DNA of 51,957 nucleotides from Candidatus Amesbacteria bacterium GW2011_GWC2_45_19. GTDB lineage: Bacteria; Patescibacteriota; Microgenomatia; CAZETR01; Amesbacteraceae. The notes beneath the pieces are model-generated. The model did no database searches, was not told the DNA's origin, and saw only the letters and a program-made list of their open reading frames with translations. Shown one piece after another: positions 45,709 to 51,957 of this stretch (position 1 is the first letter of the stretch; the number at the start of each line of letters is the position of its first letter). The stretch lies in assembly GCA_001001555.1 (NCBI GenBank), contig LCKS01000003.1:1-51957 (forward strand), read 5' to 3'. The translations under genes were made by a program, and so were the position numbers.

Positions 45709-46418
45709 TCGTTTTTCCAGTTTTTTAAAACATCAAATAATTGTTCTAGATCAGAAAAGTATTGATTCAAGTCATCAGCCATACCTTTTACTGCACTATC
45801 TGGCAATGGTTTCCCGTCTCTTATAAATCCTTCGTAAAGTAACCCAAAATAAAAATAAAAATCGCTGAAGGTTCTCCGTAGTTTTAGTAACTTTCCCAAA
45901 ACGTGTGGTGGGAGAAATTCTTTATATAAGAGCAAGTTTTCAGATAAAGACGGTTTGATGAACATAAGGTCAAGTTGTAAATGTTGCCACCCGTCTTTGT
46001 TTAATCCAGAAAGTAATTTTGCCTTATCTCGATTTTTAATATCTTGAAGAATAAGTCCCAAAACCTCCGTGCTCCAAGCCTCCACATCTTTATCCCCCCT
46101 TTCATAATTAAAAACGGTGATTTTAAAGGGAGCGGCCATATAGGAAACCATCATATTTGCAAGCTGAGTTAAATCACTCTTTGCAGTATCATGTGCCTCG
46201 CTGAATTCTAATTTTTTTCTGTGATCAAGAATGACGTCGATCACAAATAAGGTTCCGATGAGTGTTGCCGATCCGGCGGACAAGTTAATCCAAAAATCCC
46301 CAAGTTCGATCATGTTTTTAAGCCCTAGCCATAAAAGTAATATCGTCACGATGAGTAAAACGATGAGCAATCCTTGAAACTTATGAATTTTATTTAAAAA
46401 ATCCTTCATACTAGACAA
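45705..46418 (-). CDS. two-TM hypothetical protein
   Basis: Two N-terminal hydrophobic helices; overlap-coupled. Confidence 0.65.
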   Translation of the reverse strand: MSSMKDFLNKIHKFQGLLIVLLIVTILLLWLGLKNMIELGDFWINLSAGSATLIGTLFVIDVILDHRKKLEFSEAHDTAKSDLTQLANMMVSYMAAPFKITVFNYERGDKDVEAWSTEVLGLILQDIKNRDKAKLLSGLNKDGWQHLQLDLMFIKPSLSENLLLYKEFLPPHVLGKLLKLRRTFSDFYFYFGLLYEGFIRDGKPLPDSAVKGMADDLNQYFSDLEQLFDVLKNWKND

Positions 46419-47061
46419 TTACCCCTTTTACAAAATCACTAATTTGCTTTACATCTTTCGACAGCTCACTACTAATTGATAAGCCATCGCTTGAATAAAC
46501 CATTTCGTCCTCAACATCAGGATATTTTAGTAATGAATATTTATTGATAGCCTCTAGTTGTGTCCTAAAACTATTGAAGTTCTTATTGTCTTTGACGCAC
46601 TCGTTAAGTATTTTTATGAGGTCGTGGCTAAGCTTTCTAAATTCAACTAAGACCTGTTTTCCGGATAAGCTGGGATAGTGTTGTGGCGCGTTCCAGAATA
46701 AAAAGGCTTTTAGATATTTCTCTACTGCTTGGGCACAAAGAAAAGCGGCTTGATTCATAAAATCATAATCTCTGTCTTGGATGTTGAATAAGATAACTGC
46801 CGCCTCATAGTCTATATCTCCATATTCAATAAACTTATTTGCGTAATTGATATTCGGTGGTTTATCTCCTCGCTTATACTTTTCGTGAGTTCCTCCGGTT
46901 TTTCTTAATCCAATCATCTCACTTACTTTTATGGTTTCTTTAAGATTGATTTCGATAAAATTATGGCCGCAAGAAAGAAGGCTTCTGACCCCTTTGTCTA
47001 TAGGGCTTGATTTGACAACTTCTTTTTCTTCTTTACAGATTGAGCAAAATTTTTTAGTCAT
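46411..47061 (-). CDS. HEPN-domain protein with N-terminal Zn ribbon
   Basis: CSIC...CGH; AAFLCAQAVEKYLKA, RKLSHDL, LKYP. Confidence 0.8.
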   Translation of the reverse strand: MTKKFCSICKEEKEVVKSSPIDKGVRSLLSCGHNFIEINLKETIKVSEMIGLRKTGGTHEKYKRGDKPPNINYANKFIEYGDIDYEAAVILFNIQDRDYDFMNQAAFLCAQAVEKYLKAFLFWNAPQHYPSLSGKQVLVEFRKLSHDLIKILNECVKDNKNFNSFRTQLEAINKYSLLKYPDVEDEMVYSSDGLSISSELSKDVKQISDFVKGVIV

Positions 47062-47106
47062 AAATTTAGTTTTTGTTTAACCTAAACATTACCTTTCAAT
47101 TTTTAT

Positions 47107-47796
47107 CTAATCACAACTATTAACTTCGCCGTCCAATAACTTAATAGATGTGTATGATTTTCTAGGATTTAGTAAAATAAATTCTTTGCGGTACTCGTGG
47201 CCTTGAGCAAGAACCATCACACAAACTCGGTATTTTTTTTCGCTACCAATTTCAAATTCAGGTTTCGACCATAAAGTGTCATATGGTAAATTGTATTCCG
47301 GATAATATAAGTAGCTTTCATTATTAAAACCAAATACGCTTTCGGATTTATCCGTTTTTATAACTACTGCAAGGGAGGCAGATTCACCAACTGGGATACT
47401 CTCTCTGGAGAGTACGAGTATAGAACTCCAATCGGGCCGACCAAAGTCATTTATTGGCTGTTTAGTTGATGCCCATCTTGCGCTCACTTTTACTATTTCG
47501 GAACTAGAATCGTAGTCCCTATAAGAAATCCATGCCCTTATGTTTTCTGCCGCTACATTTCCCCAAAGCCAGCTTTGCCACCATGGTCTAGCGCTGTTTT
47601 CTACGATTAGGTTAATAAATTTCCATTTGTAGTCTTTTCCTTTGATGTTTCTTTGACCTTCGTTTGGTGATTCTTCGATAGAAAAGACGAGGTTTGGTTT
47701 TCTAACCCACTCGTAAATCGCCGCCACTACTAAGGCAGTAAAAAAACCAACTAACCCCCCGACAGATAATTCTGGCCAATTTATATTTTCTAGCAT
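47107..47796 (-). CDS. membrane-anchored hypothetical protein
   Basis: N-terminal TM then beta-rich region. Confidence 0.65.
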   Translation of the reverse strand: MLENINWPELSVGGLVGFFTALVVAAIYEWVRKPNLVFSIEESPNEGQRNIKGKDYKWKFINLIVENSARPWWQSWLWGNVAAENIRAWISYRDYDSSSEIVKVSARWASTKQPINDFGRPDWSSILVLSRESIPVGESASLAVVIKTDKSESVFGFNNESYLYYPEYNLPYDTLWSKPEFEIGSEKKYRVCVMVLAQGHEYRKEFILLNPRKSYTSIKLLDGEVNSCD

Positions 47797-47804
47797 GTCT
47801 TGAA

Positions 47805-48110
47805 TTATTTTTTAAACTTTGCTTCAATGCTGGAACCAAGAATATAACCAGCAACCAAAGAAATTACAGGCATTGCCGCTTCCGAGCTAACTTTAGACTC
47901 GATCATTAAAGCGACTAACGAAAGGATGACAAAAAGACCGATGGCAACCTGTCCGTATGTCCTCATCATTTCAGAGAAGGATTGAGACACACTCGCGGGA
48001 TCACCCGAGCCAGGAAACAAGTTTTTTATACCAAAGTGGCTAATGTAAGCAATAATGCCAAACAACACTATTGCAAAAACTACAAGGCCCACAAAATATA
48101 AACTTATCAT
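47805..48110 (-). CDS. small three-TM protein
   Basis: Hydrophobic 101 aa; start overlaps the R-M stop. Confidence 0.65.
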   Translation of the reverse strand: MISLYFVGLVVFAIVLFGIIAYISHFGIKNLFPGSGDPASVSQSFSEMMRTYGQVAIGLFVILSLVALMIESKVSSEAAMPVISLVAGYILGSSIEAKFKK

Positions 48111-51100
48111 TATTTTTCACCTCCTTCGACAATAGCTATCTCCTCCGGCGTGAGGCCGTAGAGTTTATAAACTAATTGGTCAATTTTCTTTTCTAATTCA
48201 TATACCTTAAAATTCTCATTATCTATTTTAGTTGCGTTAATTATTTGGTCAACAACATTTGTTATCTCTTTTTGTTCTGATTGAGAGGGTTCTAAAATCG
48301 GGAGATCAATAATTGGTTCTTTATCTATCTGATAATTGTTTCCTTGCCTTTTTCCTTTATGCCTTAACCAAAAAGCGATCAAATTCGAATTTAATAGTCC
48401 CGTCAAATATTTCTGGCTCATTCTTTCTGTTTTAATTACATAAAACGTTGCTGATACATACGTATCAAAATCAGTATAGGTAAATGTGGGCTCTGTACAT
48501 TTCCTCAATGCAATAACTTTTTCTCCCATGAAAAAATGTTCGACTCTAGCTCGATGAAGCCCATATGGTTTATTATCGGAAGTAATGACTTTCTTGAATT
48601 GGTCAAGATGTGTCTTAATGCTTGGGTAATCTTCAACCTTTTTCTTGTCTCGAAAACTTGAATTAGTGTAAATTATCCATTTTCTATTTTCAGGATCCCC
48701 ATACCATCTTTGAAGTTCGTTAGTCGTATAATAAGGTTTTATGAGCTCCAATTCTTTCTCTGAAAGTCTAATAGTTTTGACCTCATTATCTGATAAAACA
48801 AATATTCCATCCCCAATTTTAAAATTGTCTCCTAGAACTTCTAGGCTAGACTTAATTACGTAATCTTGAGGACAGACTATGCCTTGAGCAACTTCCTTCA
48901 CTGGATCTAGGTGGAAATTTGCAGCTGATCTAATTTTTTCGAGTATCAATTCTGTACCCGAATTGCTGAAGGTAAGTGTCTTATCAATAAAACTTGCTCT
49001 ACTAATCTTGGGATTGAGATATTCAGCATTGTTATTACTGCTTTTACTCAAAAGAGCAAGGATATCATCGAGTACTAAATCGTTGCCTTGAAGCCTTCTA
49101 TAATCAAAAGAGTAGTTTTCTAATGAAACATCTTTTTTAAACACCATAACCATTGTCTGTATTCCTGCCTCAAAAATCTTGTATTCACCAAAATCTATAA
49201 GGCTAAGAATTTGTGCATCAGAGATTACTTTATCTCTCATCCTTGAGGCACCGTAACTTGTGACCCAATTATTCTGCGCAATAAAACACAAAACTCCACT
49301 TCGCTTCAGTAAGTCTAGCCCTCTGCAAACAAACACATACCAAAGATCCATTTTGCCCTGATAATAAGGCGATGTCCTAAGACCATTAAAAGCAGATTTA
49401 TTAACGTACTCTTTGACATACGGTGGATTGGCGATGACCACATCAAACCCGCCGTTCTTAAATACTTCATTAAAATTGAGATGCCATTCGAAGTGATCTG
49501 TAACAGAAACATCTTTCAATTTATCAAGCTCATCTAATTTTTTGGATAATTTCTTTTCTATATCTCCAAATGACGGCTGGATTGGGGCATCCTCAAATAT
49601 TTTTGTTTGTCCTTGATATCCTAGAAGTCGATGCCAAATTCTATCTTTCTCTATTTTTTGATCGTAATTGACTAAAATTTGCACTAAAGAATTGATTTTT
49701 TCTCGTAATTTTCTTTTTTGATCCATATCAAAAGCCGTGGAGTAATCTGCCTTCGTTATATTCAGTTCTTCAATGAGTTTATTTCGGTCCTGATCTGCGG
49801 TTCTTGACAATAGCGTCGTATTTAGAAGCTCTATCAGACTATTTCCTACCATAATTTTGTAGTCTAGGTTTGGCAAAGGTTCTATTTCAGGTAAGTTATA
49901 GTCAACAACAAGGGACAACCACAAACGAAGTTTAGCAATCTCAACAGCACCAGGATCAATGTCAACTCCGTAAAGACTATCCTGAATAGCCTCCTTCTTA
50001 AGTTGATATTCTGATTTATTTCTACCCAGCTCCCTATTAAGACTTAGTCGGGCGTTAATAACTTCGTGGAGCATACCAACCAAGAAAGCGCCAGAGCCAC
50101 AGGCAGGGTCTAAAACCTTAATATCAGCTAATTTTTCGTCTATTTCCTTTGCTTTCTCTCGTATAACAGAACTTAAAGTCTCCTTCTTTTCTAGGGACTG
50201 CTCACGATCCAAGAAATTCCTTATCACATCTTGATCTAGGCTAACTTCGGAAGCCAGATAGTTTATAAGGCTTTCATGGCACATATAGTGGACTATTTCT
50301 CGCGGTGTGTAGTAAGTACCTTTACCCTTGCGTAAATTCTCTTCAAGAAGATTCTCAAATACTTTACCCAACATTTCAGGGTCAATGGCAACCTCTTTTT
50401 CCAGCGGTTCATCTTCTTTTACAGTAAAGTTGTATTTTTCAAAAACCGAGAAAACTTGCTCGAATGAATCGTTATCGATGAGGACAATTTCCGAAGGATC
50501 ATTGTACTTGTAATCTGGCTCAAATAATCCTCCGTTTAAGAATGGAATTCTACCGCCAAACTGTGTCGCTTGGTCTGGTTTATCGCGGCGGGGATTATTG
50601 AGAGTGTCAAAAAAAAGCGGTTCGAGATAATCCTTAAAATAGTTTTTCTTATCTTTCTTCGCCTCCTGAAACTTGTTATAGAGGAATTTTTTATCACCGC
50701 TACCCCAACCATCAAAACAGTTAAGCCAACCTCTCTTTTGTATAAAGTAGAGGAACATTAAGCGACCAAGTAGAATTTTGACAAAGTTTTCTATAGAACC
50801 ATCTCTGGAAAAAAGCGTAAATTTTAGGTGTTTATTTTGTCTCGTAACTTCTCTTACTAATCTTTCAAAAACTTCCCGATATTCGGTAAAGAACTTCTTA
50901 GTAACTTTCTCAACACTAAAGGTGCTTTGAAATAATTTATAAACATCAACAGGGTTTTTAGTTTCACTAGAAAGAGCAAGACTCGTTAGTATTTCTTTGT
51001 CCGTATGGTAGGGTTGAGCGCTGTCAATGACAAGTTTTGTCAATTTGCGTTTGAACTCTCCGGGTCCCTCACGGACTTTTTCAACCAGAGTAAAAATGTA

Positions 51101-51415
51101 AGTCTTAAAATCTGGGGTAAAGATAATGAAAGGGAAGTCTACCTCGCGTAATATCTTCTCCGGTATGGTACGGATTGCTTCTTTGTTTTCCTCTTTGAGT
51201 TTAAATAAAAGAATCTGAAAACGGCGGTCATAATTTGAAACTGCATAAATCTTCTCAACTAATGCGGCTTCTTTGGCCGGTAAGTTATAAACTGACGGGT
51301 TTGTCTTGAGGTGAGAATCGAGTACCTTAAAACCAAGAGATTCGAAAAGCTGATACACCTTGTCCGGTGTATCCATTGTCGGTATAAATTCATCTAAGTC
51401 TAATTGAGTTCTCAT
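48110..51415 (-). CDS. type IIG (Eco57I/TaqI-like) N6-adenine methyltransferase/R-M protein
   Basis: LNGGLF, GTYYTP, LDPACGSGAF, NPPY, C-terminal TRD ending YKLYGLTPEEI. Confidence 0.92.
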   Translation of the reverse strand: MRTQLDLDEFIPTMDTPDKVYQLFESLGFKVLDSHLKTNPSVYNLPAKEAALVEKIYAVSNYDRRFQILLFKLKEENKEAIRTIPEKILREVDFPFIIFTPDFKTYIFTLVEKVREGPGEFKRKLTKLVIDSAQPYHTDKEILTSLALSSETKNPVDVYKLFQSTFSVEKVTKKFFTEYREVFERLVREVTRQNKHLKFTLFSRDGSIENFVKILLGRLMFLYFIQKRGWLNCFDGWGSGDKKFLYNKFQEAKKDKKNYFKDYLEPLFFDTLNNPRRDKPDQATQFGGRIPFLNGGLFEPDYKYNDPSEIVLIDNDSFEQVFSVFEKYNFTVKEDEPLEKEVAIDPEMLGKVFENLLEENLRKGKGTYYTPREIVHYMCHESLINYLASEVSLDQDVIRNFLDREQSLEKKETLSSVIREKAKEIDEKLADIKVLDPACGSGAFLVGMLHEVINARLSLNRELGRNKSEYQLKKEAIQDSLYGVDIDPGAVEIAKLRLWLSLVVDYNLPEIEPLPNLDYKIMVGNSLIELLNTTLLSRTADQDRNKLIEELNITKADYSTAFDMDQKRKLREKINSLVQILVNYDQKIEKDRIWHRLLGYQGQTKIFEDAPIQPSFGDIEKKLSKKLDELDKLKDVSVTDHFEWHLNFNEVFKNGGFDVVIANPPYVKEYVNKSAFNGLRTSPYYQGKMDLWYVFVCRGLDLLKRSGVLCFIAQNNWVTSYGASRMRDKVISDAQILSLIDFGEYKIFEAGIQTMVMVFKKDVSLENYSFDYRRLQGNDLVLDDILALLSKSSNNNAEYLNPKISRASFIDKTLTFSNSGTELILEKIRSAANFHLDPVKEVAQGIVCPQDYVIKSSLEVLGDNFKIGDGIFVLSDNEVKTIRLSEKELELIKPYYTTNELQRWYGDPENRKWIIYTNSSFRDKKKVEDYPSIKTHLDQFKKVITSDNKPYGLHRARVEHFFMGEKVIALRKCTEPTFTYTDFDTYVSATFYVIKTERMSQKYLTGLLNSNLIAFWLRHKGKRQGNNYQIDKEPIIDLPILEPSQSEQKEITNVVDQIINATKIDNENFKVYELEKKIDQLVYKLYGLTPEEIAIVEGGEK

Positions 51416-51418
51416 AGC

Positions 51419-51955
51419 TCATGAAATATAGTCAACGCAAATAAGTTTTAACTTTTTCTCGTTGAATTCTTCAATAACTTCTGTCGGCGTCTCGACTTTA
51501 TCCGATAAAAAGTCGCTAATCTCCGATACTAATTTTCGCCAGCTCTTGTGCGTTTTTTTATAAGCGTTCCATGATCGTCTTAGATACTGTAAACGCTTTT
51601 TAGTAAAGTTCACTTCGTTAATCTTGAGGATAATTTCTTCTATTTTTGTTCTTTCCTTTTGATCTTCTTCAAACAAAACCTCTGTTTTTATATGTTCCAA
51701 TTCATCCCGCATATCAATTAAAAACTTTTCTTTCTTACCGGACGGAGTACGCATTTCAACTTCAAACCTTGTTTCGTTAAAAAGCTCTGCGATACGATTT
51801 TTTACTTCATCGTGAGCTGAATAAACATCGTAATCTTCGGGGACAACTCGACGCTCAACTTGCTTGCAGGCTATAAAGTCTAAAATTTCTGTTTTGTTGG
51901 TCTTAAACTCTTTGTCAATTAAATCGTACAGGTACCAGAAGTGATACTCCTCTGC
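51419..51955 (-). CDS. C-terminus of a larger protein (possibly an R-M-associated helicase), partial
   Basis: Frame is open to the window edge, beyond track start 51754; helicase identity inferred only from context. Confidence 0.5.
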   Translation of the reverse strand, partial: AEEYHFWYLYDLIDKEFKTNKTEILDFIACKQVERRVVPEDYDVYSAHDEVKNRIAELFNETRFEVEMRTPSGKKEKFLIDMRDELEHIKTEVLFEEDQKERTKIEEIILKINEVNFTKKRLQYLRRSWNAYKKTHKSWRKLVSEISDFLSDKVETPTEVIEEFNEKKLKLICVDYIS

Positions 51956-51957
51956 AT

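Noticed and set aside
1-51957. UGA recoding (genetic code 25)
   Set aside because: Core genes such as recG, rpmF and pheS end at TGA with ATGA coupling and have no internal TGA

Overview
Chromosomal segment of a small-genome bacterium using genetic code 11. Gene content and style fit Patescibacteria/CPR, Microgenomates-like (inference). The housekeeping backbone comprises pilMNO, rpsP-khpA, recG-rpmF-nusB-acp-rnc, a class A PBP, thrS-infC-rpmI-rplT-pheST, a cyclophilin-trigger factor pair and nine ordinary tRNA genes. Several accessory blocks interrupt it. The best candidate for a new system is an AT-rich six-gene operon (6899-12459): adenylate-kinase-like protein, an embedded structurally aberrant tRNA-Thr(CGT)-like gene, an unknown Rossmann-like enzyme, a DUF2156 aminoacyl-tRNA-transferase-fold protein, a DegT aminotransferase, a kinase/GTP cyclohydrolase II fusion and a YjjX ITP/XTPase. 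It looks like a nucleotide-tailoring pathway with its own non-ribosomal tRNA. Other notable features: a serine recombinase element between tRNA-Leu and tRNA-Pro carrying an internal inverted attP-like junction and a mosaic of inverted pieces of itself; two promoter-and-terminator-bounded small RNA candidates; an attenuator-led three-gene operon; tRNA-overlapping GIY-YIG and LAGLIDADG genes; many apparently leaderless genes; heptamer repeats inside housekeeping genes; and a type IIG restriction-modification defence island at the right end. All calls are by eye from motifs; no searches were run.
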